Shown here: piece by piece, positions 29,903 to 43,479 of the stretch
Layout of the letters: every line of letters starts with the position of its first letter
How positions within the stretch are numbered: the first letter of the stretch is position 1
From: the human T2T-CHM13v2.0 reference genome, Homo sapiens
DNA length: 64,000 nucleotides
Strand: one strand, 5' to 3'
Assembly: GCF_009914755.1 (NCBI RefSeq)
Contig: NC_060944.1
Notes under the pieces: generated by a model
Seen by the model: only the letters and a program-made list of their open reading frames with translations
What the model was told of the DNA's origin: nothing
Database searches by the model: none
Position numbers and translations under genes: made by a program

Positions 29903-30319
29903 TGTAAACCAGAAAGTGTCTGAGACAGGTCTCAATCAGTTTAGACATTTATTTTTCCAAGGTTAAGGACATGCCCAGTAGAGAGGTCTGTGCCTTTCTC
30001 TAAAGATGACTTTGAGGGCTTCAGTATTTAAAGGGGAAAGCAGGCTGGAGGGGAAAGAAGGAGGGTCTGGAAATCCACATATTGCAAGAGAAAAAGAGCA
30101 GGTAGGGAAATTATGTATTCAATTATGTATTCGTCTCACGCTCTGTAACTTTACATAAGATAAGGTGAACACAGAGTGGCTACTCGTGGAGATACCTGGC
30201 CTTTTATCTGTGGCTCTCTGCTTACGAACAAAGGAAAGGCAGCTTGTTGCATGACTCAACTTTCAGCTTAGTTTTTTCCTTTTGGCAGAGTGAATTGGGG
30301 TTTTCATTTTCCTTTCACA
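29903..30319 (-). mobile_element. Solo ERV1 LTR (MER4A-like)
   Basis: TG...CA termini (tgtgaaaggaaaat on -); 4-bp TSD CTTT at 29899-29902 and 30320-30323. Confidence 0.8.
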
Positions 30320-30624
30320 CTTTCTATACCTTCTCTTATTGAAAATGAGGTGGTTGCTGTGATCTGCATTTTACAGATGAGAAGCTGAGGCTTGAAGAAT
30401 AGAATCACCACTCACAATCCAGGATGGGAAGTCAGAACCAGCTGAACCAGCGGCTAGCCCAGCCTCTCTCCCTCTCTCTCTGTTTCTCTCTCTTTCTTCT
30501 ATCTCTCTATGTTTCTCTCTCTCACCGTTTCTCTCTTCTGTCTCTCTCTCTCTCATCCTCTCTCCTCCTCTCTTTCCATTTTGTTTCTCTTTTCCTTGGC
30601 TTTTTCTTCTTTCTTGAATTTTTA

Positions 30625-30956
<332 letters not shown>

Positions 30957-31704
30957 AGTATACAAATAAAAGTGTTCAGTTAGTCCAGTTTTCACAAATG
31001 AGCACACCCATGCAATCAGTACCTGGGTCAACAGCAGGACCATGCATTGCCTGCACCTCCAAAATCCACCTTGGACTCCCTCTCTTCACTACCCACAAGA
31101 TAATCACTATCCTGACTTCTAACAGATAGATCCATTGTACCTGACCAGAGGCAGCAGCCATCACCTGGAGACTTGTTAGAAATGCCCCATCCCAGACCTA
31201 CAGAAGCTCTGGGAGTAGGGCCCAGAAATCTATTTTAACAAACCTCCCATCTCGTTAAAATCAGACACAGCTCCAGCTCGGGGGAGGACAGCAGTGATGT
31301 GCTGCTGCCTCCTTGTGGCATTTCCATGCATGAACAGCCGAGAGGCCACCTGCCAGGAGGAGGCTGTCTTCAAGGGGCAACTCCAACAGCCTCCCTGGGA
31401 GGTACCCCTCGACTTTCTGCCTAGGAAAGGGGAGGCAACCAATGGCCACCATGTGTCAGGTGCTAACGAAAAGGCCACCTGCCTCTCCATGGCTAAAATG
31501 TGGTCTAGGGTCTGAGGTGCATTCTCAGCCATCTGATTCTCAAGAATTCATCTTTTTTCACTTCCACTGACATGAATTATGACATCAGGGAGAACCCAAG
31601 GGCAGAAGTAGGGGCCAAGTCCTCTTCGTCACCTCCAGGTTGGCTGACAAACTTGGTTGCAAGTGGCCCCATCACACTGGCCTGGTCTTTATCTATGGCC
31701 CCTT

Positions 31705-32245
31705 TGTCAGAGGCGTTAGACCAGAGCAACTCCATTTTGAGTAGGGGCTGGGTAAAATAAGGCTGAGTCCTACTGGGCTGCATTGCCAGACGATGAGGCA
31801 TTCTAAGTCACAGGATGAGATGGGAGGTCGGCACAAGATACAGGTCATAAAGACCTTGTTGATAAAACAGGCTGCAGAAGCTGGCCAAAACCCACCAAAA
31901 CCAAGATGGCGACGAGAGTGACCTCTGGTAGTCCTCACTGCCACACTCCTACCAGCGCCATGAGAGTTTACAAATGCCATGCCAATGTCAGGAAGTTACA
32001 CTCTATGGTCTAAAAAGGGGACACATGAATAATCCACCTCTTGTTTAGCATGTCATCAAGAAATAACCTTAAAAATGGGCAACCAGCAGCCCTGAGGGCT
32101 CTTCTGTCTATGGAGTAGCCATTCTTTATTCCTTTACTTTCTTAATAAACTTGCTTTCTCTTTGTGGACTTGCCTTAAATTCTTTCTTGCAGGAGATCCA
32201 AGAACACTCTCTTGGGGTCTGGATCAGGACCCCTTTCTGGTCACA
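31705..32245 (+). mobile_element. Solo LTR MER41A-like
   Basis: tgtcagaggcg...accagagcaactccat...aataaacttgctttc...ccctttctggtcaca; TSD-like cctt/cctc. Confidence 0.88.
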
Positions 32246-32643
32246 CCTCCACTGCCCAATGCCCCCTCACCACTGGCTTTCATGAAACAGGTTTTAACGT
32301 CTTCGCTGGGCCAGGTCTTTTCATCCAGTCTCTGTTGGATGGCCAATAACCTAACGTGAACCTCTTCAGCAGCTTCTCCCCTGCCCTGAAGCCAGCAGGG
32401 GTGGGACACAGGTGACTGACTTGACTCCCTCTACCCTCTCAACCCCCTCACTACCACTCACCTCAAGGACACACCCTCCAGGTCCACTAACCCCCCTGCC
32501 TCTCTCAGTCTCTGAGACATCTCACTGCAGTCCCACTCCCCTGCCTTCCTCTCTTGACCCCTGCTCTGTGGCCATCTGACTAAAACCCAGAGTTGGAGAA
32601 CCTGGTGGTATCACCGCTTACTCCAGATGGCTGATGATCTTTA

Positions 32644-32881
32644 TGTCCTGGATCGGGTCTCAATCCAGACCCCAAGAGAGGGTTCTTGGAGCTCGCACAA
32701 GAAATAATTCAGGGTGAGTCCATAAAGTGAAAGTGAGTTTATTAAGAAAGTAAAGGAATAAAGAATGGCTACTCTAAGTCACAGGATTCTAAGTCACAGG
32801 ATGAGATAGGAGGTCAGCACAAGATACAGATCATAAAGACCTTGTGGTAAGACAGGTTGCAATCAAGAAGTCGGCTAAATC
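32644..32881. mobile_element. Rearranged MER41 fragment (antisense 3' end fused to a sense internal segment)
   Basis: 32644-32774 antisense LTR end; 32773-32881 sense tctaagtcacaggatgagatagg...ggctaaa. Confidence 0.85.
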
Positions 32882-33219
32882 AGAACCTGGTGGCAGAAAC
32901 TGGTGCTGCGCTGCCTACTCCAGATGGCTGATGTGGCATCTGTGGAATGCAAAGTCTCCCTGAGTCTTTTCCCCACGTCAGGAAGATTGCTTAAGTATCA
33001 GACTGCAGTTGCCAGAATAAATCTAAATTTATTTTAAATGTTCATGTCAACAGTCATATTTGTAATGTTTTTTTCCTTAAAAAACATGTTGTACATATGG
33101 ATGTTCGTCATTGCTATTTATACCTTTATGCCTGTCTTTATTAGCTAGGGTAAACCAGATCCCAGTAATAAATAAACCCGAAATCCAGTGGCATACCAAG
33201 GGACCAGGGGAGGTGGTAG

Positions 33220-33765
33220 TGTTACAGGAAGGGGGTCCCAGTCCAGACCCCAAGAGAGGGATCTGGATCTTGGAACTCGCGTAAGAAAGAACTCAAGGCG
33301 AGTCCATAAAGTGAAAGTGAATTTATTAAGAAAGCAAAGGAATAATGCTCCATAGACAGAGCAGCCCCGAGGGCTGCTGGTTGCCTATTTTTATGGTTAT
33401 TTCTTGATGATATGCTCAACAAGGGGTAGATTATTAATGCCTCCCCTTTTTAGACCATATAGGGTAACTTCCCGACGTTGCCATGGCATTTGTAAACTCT
33501 CATGGCGCTGGTGAGAGTCTAGCAGTGAGGACGACCAGCGGTCACTCTCGAGGCCATTTTGATTTTGGTGGGTTTTAGCCGGCTTCTTTATTGCAACCTG
33601 TTTTATCAGCAAGGTCTTTACGACTTGTATCTTGTGCCAACGTCCTATCTCATCCTGTGACTTAGAATGCCTTAACCATCTGAGAATGAAGCCCAGCAGG
33701 TCTCAGCCTTATTTTACCCAGCCCCTATTCAAGATGGAATCGCTCTGGTTCAAATGCTTCTAACA
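33220..33765 (-). mobile_element. Solo LTR MER41A-like, antisense
   Basis: Reverse-complement homologue of 31705-32245; TSD-like gtag/gtgg. Confidence 0.88.
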
Positions 33766-34779
33766 GTGGGAGTTTTCTCCCTGGTGAGAAGGAATATTTT
33801 AACACTGGCAATGTTTAGAATTGCTGGCATGTGGTGATAATAAAAAGCAGATTGACTTTTAGACCTTTTCATTACTGTTTTAAAATTCTGTACAGACAAT
33901 GTACCCCTTTATCACCTGCATCCACTTCCACTACCACCAGCGCCATTGGAACGTCACTGCCAAAATGCTTACTAGCCAAAGCACAAAGTCTAAGTGTGTT
34001 ACGTAACATTCCCTATGGGTGCTTCTGCTTGGTGGGCTCCCCCACATGGTGATACAGGGACTCAGGATCCTTCGTCTAGGGCTCCTCCTTCCTCTCTCCT
34101 TCTCCCAATCATCTGCATCCAGTAAGGCCTGACTAGGTCAGGGAGGAAGCCCAGACAATCAATTCATGGAGAGCCGGAGCCAGGAAGTTGCACACAGAAC
34201 TTCTGCTCTTGTCTCATTGGTTAAAACTCAGTCACATGGTCACACCCAACTGCAAGGGAGGCTGGGAAATGTAGTCTATCTACATTTCATGTGCTATCAC
34301 AAACATCCATCAGTCTTTGCCACAATGTCTTAAATATTTCACAATAAAGAAATGTCAAATGTTTGTGTTAGACAAGAATGTGGATAAACTACCTTCTTTC
34401 TCTAGTATAGGAATTTTACCATGGGACAGATAGTCATGGTTCAAAGTCATGAAACAAATGATCTCAAATTTTATACTGTCCCAGTGACCAGAATGCTGAG
34501 TTCACAGAGCTTTCCACTGCCTCTTTCTCCTACTCAGATGATTTCCCTTCTATCTGAGCACATGCCTAGACTACATTTCCCAGTCTCCTTTGCAGCTAGG
34601 TGTGGCCATGTGACTCAATCTTTATCAATAAAATATGAAGGGAAGTGACATGTGCCACTTCCTGACCTGAGCCTTACAAGTTTGTGTGCCTGCTTCGAGT
34701 TCTTTCCCCTTCCCATTGGCTGCAACCCTCTGTGCCCCAGCTTCCACTGTGCAGACAGGAATAGTATCCTGGGGCAGTG

Positions 34780-34960
34780 CAGTGATTCTCAAACTTGCAG
34801 AATCACTCGGAGGGCCTGTAAAGACACAGATGGCTGGGCCCCACACCTAAAGTTCCTGATTCGCTAGGCCCAGGATAGGGCTGGAGAATTGACATTTCTA
34901 ACAAGTTCCCAGGTGCTGTTGAAGCTGCCAGTCCAAGGACCACTCTGGAAACCACTGTCC
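34780..34960. mobile_element. MER5A-like relic
   Basis: cagtgattctcaaactt...agaatcac...catttctaacaagttcccaggtgctg...accactg. Confidence 0.75.
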
Positions 34961-36028
34961 TAAGGAATGATGGGGTGCACTATGAAGAAACCTGGGTCTC
35001 TGAGTGGCCCCCTGGATCATAGCTGCCTTGACAACTTGGCAGCGCAGTTGAAAAAGAAGTAAACTTTTGTCTTCTTTAAGTCACTGCACTGCTGGGCATC
35101 TTTGTTACAGCAGCTTAACCTTTAACCACACTAACAGAGTTGGGATTCTGTCACTTGCAACCAAGAGTCCTGACCAATACAGACTCGAAGCTTAACTTCA
35201 GTAAGTTCCGCCACTAAGAGAGTTTGCTTCTTTTTTCCTGCTTATCCCAAACCCGCAGTTTTTTCATCTTACCTTAGTATTGACCAGGATTCCGGAAGGA
35301 GATATGCACATGCACCAAGCCCTAGGAAGGAACTGGAAGGTGGAGAATATTCCACTATGCTACAATCTTTTCAAACATTAACATTATTATTATCTCAACT
35401 ACTTGCCTGAGTCCCTTGAACACAGGCCCAGCTCTGAAATGTAGTTGCCATGGGGTCTGGAAACAGCCCAGACACCCACTCCTCATTGGTGGGTACCTCT
35501 TGTGCTGTTTTCCTGGCTCTAGGTGAACATTCACACCGTGCAGGTAAAGAAGGGTGCAAATGCAGGTTATGGGGACTCGTGTGGCTCAAGCTCTACCTTG
35601 GAATGTGTGGCTCAGAGCCCTGGGGATCAAGCTTGGCAGTGGGAGAGGAGGTGGGGGGAAGGTTCCGTGGCCCTGAGAGAAGAGGACTCACAACATCTTC
35701 AGGGCTCTGTTTCCTGAGGTTAATGGGCCCTCAGCAAAGCACTTAGAGGGTGTTTCTGTGTTTCTCTTGCCTACTCCTCTGCCATGAATAGGTGGGCCAC
35801 AATGGGGTCCATGTAGAATAGTGTTTTTCCTATGGTCATTTAGCAAGTCTGGGACAGAGTCCATTTGAGAACCAGGCCTCCTGTCTCCCAGCCCAGGGAT
35901 TTAAAAAATTATCCCATCCTAGTTTGGAAAGCAGCCATGTCCCGAACTGCAATATGGGCTCTGGCCTTTGGAGGACCAGAGAGAGCCTAGCAATGGCCTC
36001 TTCCACGTCCTGAAGAAAGTACTGCAGG

Positions 36029-36309
36029 GGGTGGGCACAGTGACTCACGCCTGTAATTCCAGCACTTTGGGAGGCTGAGGAGGTTGGATTGCTTGAGCTT
36101 AGGAGTTCGAGACCAGCCTGGGCAACATGGCGAAACCCCATCTCTACAAACAATACAAAAATTAGCCAGGCATGATGGCTTGTGCCTGTAGTCCCAGCTA
36201 CTTGGGGGGCTGAGGTGGGAGGATAGCTTGAGCCCAGGAGGCAGAGGTTGCAGAGCCAAGATCGCACCATTGCACTCCAGCGTAGGTGACAGAGTGAGAC
36301 CCCTGTCTC

Positions 36310-36342
<33 letters not shown>
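36029..36342 (+). mobile_element. Alu (AluJ-like)
   Basis: Long poly-A; TSD aagtactgcagg/aagttcctgcagg. Confidence 0.95.
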
Positions 36343-36345
<3 letters not shown>

Positions 36346-38335
36346 CCTGCAGGCATGATATGGTGGTATTTGACACCTCTTGTCCGTCCTTGGCTTTGGG
36401 GCTTTAGCTGTAAATCTGAGACAATAGGAAAAGTCCCATTTAAGAGTCTCTTACATGGTGTCATTTAACTTAATCCTCATGACAGCCTTATATGGGAAGT
36501 GTATTAAAGAGGGTAATGCTAGTTGCTATAGCGAACAGCCCCCAAGATCTAGTGGCTTAACACAATAGCAGTTTATCTCTTACCTAATATTGCAAGGCAG
36601 GTGTTTGTTCCTGGTTGGAGAGATTTCCTTTACGTGGTGATCCGGGTGACTTCCATGTTGCAGCTTTGCCATCCTGCAGGGCTTTGGGTTCTCTGCATCT
36701 AGACAGACAGGGATGGAGAAGCTCACCTACTTCCTCGAGGCCCTGCCTGGAAGTGACACTCACCACTCCTGCTCACATTCCATTGGTGGAGACTAGTCAC
36801 ATGGTCACACCTAGATGCCAAGGATGCTGGGAAATGTAGTCTCCAGTGGGGCACATGTCTTCCAGAGACAATTCCACACTATGGAGTCTTTTCCAGAGTT
36901 AGTGCACAAAGTCCTCTTTACTAATCTGTTTAACCAGCTTGCCAGGCTAACCAGCGCTCTCCATGCTCTCTGAATGCAACGCTACTGCCCCAGGCATACT
37001 GAATGCTTATGGCTAGTAAGCCATTCCCTAGGCCCCTGGTCGCCTTTGGCTCTTGGCTGTAGAAGAGCATGCTTGCCAACAGTCTGCTGGGTCTGTTCCC
37101 AAATCAGTTTGCACACAGCACACTTAATATTGTAACAATGTAACTGAATTAGATATTCCATAAACTGATGAAATATGAGTGCAAAAGGAAGAGATTTGTT
37201 TTTCTGAAAACTGAATGAAGACTGGTTGCTAAAAAGAATACTGTCAAATTAGGTGTGGAAGAAACAACTACAAAACATCTAGAAAAAAAAAACCCACAAG
37301 AATCTAGAGGGATTCTGCACTCCAGTTGCCATACAAATGTCTGCAGGTCCTTGCCCCACTTTAAAGAAACCAGAATTGGCCAGGGACGGTGGCTCATGCC
37401 TGCAATCCCAGCACTTTGAGAGGAATTACAGGTATGAGCCACTGTGCCCAGCCCCTGCAGGACTTTCTTCAGGACATTATACCAGCTTTCCTTCCCTCAA
37501 AAGCCTCCTTAGCCTATATAAAGCGAAGATTATGAATAAATGTTAAGGGCAGGTTTCTGGAACCAGACAGCCTGTATTTGAATCAAGCAGTCCTCCTGCC
37601 TCAGACTCTCAAGTATCTGGGACAATAGGCTCACACCATGGCACCTGGCTTGAAATTTCAACTTAATTCAATTTTAATTAATTTAACTATAAATGGCCAC
37701 ATATGGTTACTGGCTAAGGCATTGGGTAGGGAAGCTCTGTGTTACACTAACATTAGCACATGTATTTCTTCACGTCTCAGGCTCTTTCTTTGCCTTGACT
37801 CTTTCTAGCCCATGATGTCTTGTGAAATGCAAGTCCTGCCCCCGTTGATTCAGACAGACAGCTCTTGATTCCAACATATTATGCTGACTGGGAAAGGGAG
37901 GGGTGGTCCTTGGCAGGAGGAAAAGGGACAGGCCTCTGTCTGTAGCAACTGGGCTCAAATTGCCATATGGCAGCAACTGCCACCTGTAACACTGCCATGC
38001 TAAGCTCCTCACTGGCAGGGAAGGGCTGCTGTCAAGAGCAAGAGCTCAGCAGCTGGTTCCCCCTCTCCTTGGAATTGTGACTTTGAAAAAAATCTCTGCA
38101 TACTTCTGAGCCTCAATTTCCCCATCTATAGGGTGGAATTAACAATGCCTACTGTTGTTCTGAGGATTAAATGAAGTGAGGCCTGCTTTGTGCTTGGATC
38201 ATACTAACTACTCAATCAATGTTCTCGTTTACTCTAACTCTCAGAGTCACCTTCCACTCAGACCAAATAAACAGCAGGGGAAAAAATAGGGTGGGATGGA
38301 CAGAGAGAAAATGTTCTTTTAAAAAGTGTTTTATT

Positions 38336-38635
<300 letters not shown>

Positions 38636-38747
38636 GTGTTTTATTGTGAAAATTCTCAAATATACATGAAAGTAGAGAGAATGGTTTAGCAAACCTCTAT
38701 ACTCCTATCACTTAGATTTTCAAATCTAAAACAAACCACAGTAAAGG

Positions 38748-39135
<388 letters not shown>

Positions 39136-41028
39136 TGAGGCTGAAGAACAAACTCTCAGTGGCTCCAAGGAAATGGTCACAAACACATGTTAGGACCTCT
39201 CTGAGCAGCCCTGCCTAAAACCCGTCAGAGACAGAGTCTTGTTCAGACAATTGTCATTTGTCCCCCAAATAATATCCTCATCGGCCTGGGAGCAGTGGTT
39301 TCCCCCACTGGGTGTGGCTATGTGTTTTTCTGGTGATACTCAAGATTCCATCTCTCTGGGTCCCCCAAACCGTATGTTTTGTCTTTCAGTGCCCAGAAAA
39401 TTATGAGAGACCCCAAACTCCTACCAGTAACGTTGCTTAAATTAGCAAGAGACAGCTTTTAATTTCTTGTAACCCAGATCCCTAAATGACAGTCAGGCTA
39501 CAGAAAAGCCACAGCGGCCACCTCTAAGGAGCTGGCACCTACTGTTCCCTGAGGTTAAAATAATCCATTCTTTCAGGAGAGAGACAAGAGAGAGATGTTA
39601 TTAGGGAACGTGCCAGGTCTTCTGGCTTTCTGGAAAATGACTGGGCTATAGTCTAACTATTAGAAATCAATCCCTTAAGATCCCAGTAGCCCTGGGGAAT
39701 AGGCAGTGTGGAAAAGGGCAAAGAAGAAATTAATTGGGTGGAGGACAGTACTAACATTTGCTGGGCATACTCTGTGCTGGTCATACTCCATTTAATCCTC
39801 ATGGGAACACTGTCAGGCAGATATTCCTAGCCCCAGGTCACAGACAAGGAAACTGAGGCTCAGAGAGGTGAAGTTACTTGCCCAAGACACAACCAAGGTC
39901 TGGCTAACTCTAACACCCATGTTCTTCTTTGCCACTGCCCTACCCTGTGTGGCCTTAGGTGAGTCTCTCTCTCTCCTTCTGAGCATCAGTTTCCTCTCCC
40001 TGAGATGGGAATGGCTTGCCTGGCTCACAGAGGCTTTGGAAGGATCTAGACTCCTAAGTGCTTAGAAGCATGCCCAGCACCCAGCCTGGGACTGGGATTG
40101 CCTTTTTTGTCATCCTCAAAGCTGACAACCTTGGAGCTCTGAAAGAAGAAAATCCAAGGCCCCGCTGAGGGACGCGGGTGTGCCTCTGGGGCGATGGGAC
40201 AGAGGAAAATCACTGGGTTCCCTCAGGTCTCCAAAGGAGGAAGGAGGAGAGGAGGCAGAGGGAGGTAAGCTGAAGGGGGAGGTGCCTCGGGTGTTGCTGT
40301 TTTTGGTGACTGCTCAGCTGACAGCTTTCCAACCTGAGAAACACACATACACAAAGTCTAACCTCCTCTGGCTTAAAATAGAGCCACTGAACCAAAAATG
40401 CCAAGCACAGGGCAGAGTCATCTGCCTGATGGAGCCAGACAGCTCCCCCATGGCCCCAGTAACATCCACCCCCAGTGGGCACACCTGACCAAGCGCCTCT
40501 CAGCTGCGCATCATGGGGCCCTCACAACAGTGGGCAAGCAAAGCCAGCCACGGATCCTCGGCCCCATCCCGGAGACAAGGCAAGTGAGAGCCAGAGAGGC
40601 GATGGGAGGGGGATAAAGCCAGCAGCATCTGGCCTGACAAGGATCATGACCTGGGGAACCAGACAGCCCTGAGTTCAATCCTGGCTCAGCCACAGCCTGG
40701 CTGGGAGGACTTGGCAGGTTAAGTGCCTCTGTGTCCTGGGCTGTAAGGTGAGAGTCCTGTGAGTGATGTCTGTGATTATGCCTCGCACAGGCAGAGTGTT
40801 TGGCCCTGTCCCTGCTTCTGGAAAAAGAATTTTCGACATCTGCACACAGACAGTTGTGAAAAAGGAGGAGAAGCAGCTACTGGCTAAGGGGCACCTGGAT
40901 AGTGACACAAAACAGCTTCTATAATCCTCTACATGGTCCTATGGGGTGAGGGTCATTACTACCCCCGTTTCTCAGATGAGAAAACCAAGGCACAGGGAAG
41001 TACAAGTGTTCTGTTTATGGACACCTAG

Positions 41029-41392
41029 TGGTATGGTTTGGCTCTGTGTTTCCACCCAAATTGCATCTTCAATTGTAATCCCTGCGTGTTGAAGGGAGGA
41101 CTTGGTAGGAAGTGATTGACTTATGGAGGCAGTTTTCCCCATGCTGTTCTCGTGATGGTGAGTGAGTTCTCACGAGATCTGATGGTTTAAAAGTGTTTGG
41201 CAGTCCCCCTCCTCTCTCTCTCTCCCGCTGCTATGTAAGACATAGCTTGCTTCCCTTTGGTCTCTGCCATGATTGTAAGTTTCCTGAGGCCTCCTCAGGC
41301 ATGTGGAACTGTGAGTCAATGAAACCTCTTTCCTTCATAAATTACCCAGTCTCAGGTAGTTCTTCATGGTCGTGTGACAACAGACTAATACA
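41029..41392 (+). mobile_element. MaLR solo LTR (THE1D/MSTA-like)
   Basis: tggtatggtttggctctgtgt...ttacccagtctcaggtagttctt...gactaataca; 5-bp TSD cctag/cccag. Confidence 0.88.
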
Positions 41393-43067
41393 CCCAGCTA
41401 GGAAGTGGAGGAGCTGGAATTCAAACTCAGGTCTTATTGACTCCAGCTGTGTCCACAACCATGCCCTCATTAACTCTCCCCCGAGTGGGCCCTGCCCTTC
41501 CCCTAAGATCAGGCCATTCCCCACATCCCACTGTCTCCACAAACTCTTTTCGGGCTCTTGTTGGGCTGTGGGTCCTTGGAGCCCCACTCACTCCGACTCT
41601 GAGACTTCAGCCCAGGTTTCTGCTCCTCTGAAGTCTGAGCAGAAATCGGAATATTAAACTTACTGATGCTGTTGCTAAAAATCAGGCTGAGGTAGTGGCA
41701 CCAGCACGCTGCTTCCAGCCCACTGAGCTTCATCCTGCTTCTCGGGAGAAGAAGGGGTCCAGGCCCTCTCTACCAGGTACTGGGGCCCAATTCTGCCTGG
41801 GAACTGAGTCGGACAGGCACTGGGTTGGACATCCCTACAGGCCCGGGCGTCTGCTCACTTGTGATATCTGTAACAGTGGCTCACACTTCTAAACAAATCC
41901 TCAGGGCCAAGCTCAGCTCTCCGGCTCCACATCTACTGGTTCATTTAATCCTCACACCCACTGTATTAGTTCCCTGTTGCCACTGCAATAAGTTATTACA
42001 AACTTAGTGGCTTAAGGCAAATGTATTATCTTCTAGTTCTGTAGGGTGGAGGGCTACACAGGTCTCACTGGGCTCAAATCAAGGTATTGGCAGGACTGAG
42101 TTCCTTTCTAGCGGCTTCCATATGGAAGTATGTCCTCCTCTGGGACCTGGAGGGCCTAGGCGGCAGGCTGGGCCTCAGGGGCTTAACATACGTCAGCGAC
42201 TTAATACAACAGAAGCTCAAAACTGGGGCTCCTGATTGGGGGTTGGGGGACAACCTTGCAATGTGTCATTCAGCCCCAGGTTTTTCCCACCTTGTGGGCT
42301 CCCTCTCTTCTAAAGACTTTAGTTCTCTGCATTCAGCCGTCTGGTGGGGGAAAGAGATGGAGCACGTGTAGGGCAGGGTTTTATGGGCCAGGCCTGGAAG
42401 TGGCATATGTCACTTCTGCCCATGTTCCATGAGCTAAAGCTTGGTCACATAGACCCTGCTAAGTGCAAGAAAGGCTGGGCAATGTGGCCAGCTGGGCGCC
42501 CAACTCCACCTCCCCGGTGCATCCCGGATCCCCTCATTTCTCTCCATCTTCACACATTTGGACTACACTAGCCTTCGAACTGGCCTCCACTCCTAGCCAC
42601 CATCCCTTTTCCCCATGACAGCCAGGGGCTCTTTAAAAAATATGAATCAGATCATTGTGGTGGTGTTGCGTGTGTGTTTGTTTGCCTGTGTTTGTAATAC
42701 AGCCTTTCCATGGCTTTCAATAAACCCACATAAGGGCTTGTAAGACCCTGTGTGAAGTTGCCTCTTTGCCTTCCTTCTGCTCCCCCAAAGTATCTGCCCC
42801 CCAGTTCTCTGGGCTCCAGCGACACCGGCTCCTCTGCTATTCTGGCTGCCAAGTCATGCTCAGTTCTGTTTTAAGCACCACCTTAGATGGTGGGGTTCAC
42901 CTTCCCCAAGAAACTATCCCTTTTCCTTCTTTCTCACTCCTGTCTTAAACTAGTTTCTTGTTTGTTAGCTGGCCCTCCTCACTAGGATATCACTTTTACT
43001 TACAACAGGAATGTTGTTTGCACCAGTAGGTGCTTGGTAAATATTTGTCAGAGGATTGACTGACTGA

Positions 43068-43340
43068 ATGAAAGAAGGAAGGAAGGAGAGAAGGAAGGGA
43101 AGAAGAGATGAAAGGAAGGGACGAAGGGAGGAAGGGAGGGACGGAGGGAGGAAGGGAGGGACGGAGGGAGGAAGGGAGGGACGGAGGGAGGAAGGATGGG
43201 AGGGAAGAAGGGAGGGAGGGATGGGGAAAGGAGTGAAAGGAAGGAAGGAAGGAAAGGAGGGAGGGAGGGAGGAAGGGAGGGGAGGGGGGAGGGGAGGGAG
43301 GGAAAAAGGAAGGAAGGAAGGACGGAAGGAAGGACGGAAG
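43068..43340. repeat. Polypurine (GGAA/GGGA)n tract upstream of KCNK15
   Basis: About 270 nt, nearly all purine, with a repeated 20-mer acggagggaggaagggaggg. Confidence 0.95.
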
Positions 43341-43479
43341 ACTGGCACGAGGTCACAACATGAGTTAGTGGCGGGAACAGGACTTCTGCAGGCCCGGGGT
43401 TTGGGCCTTTGCTTCAGATCTCACTATTCACAGACACATGAACCCCGGGCAGGCGAGTGGGAGGCGGACAGGGGAGCGG

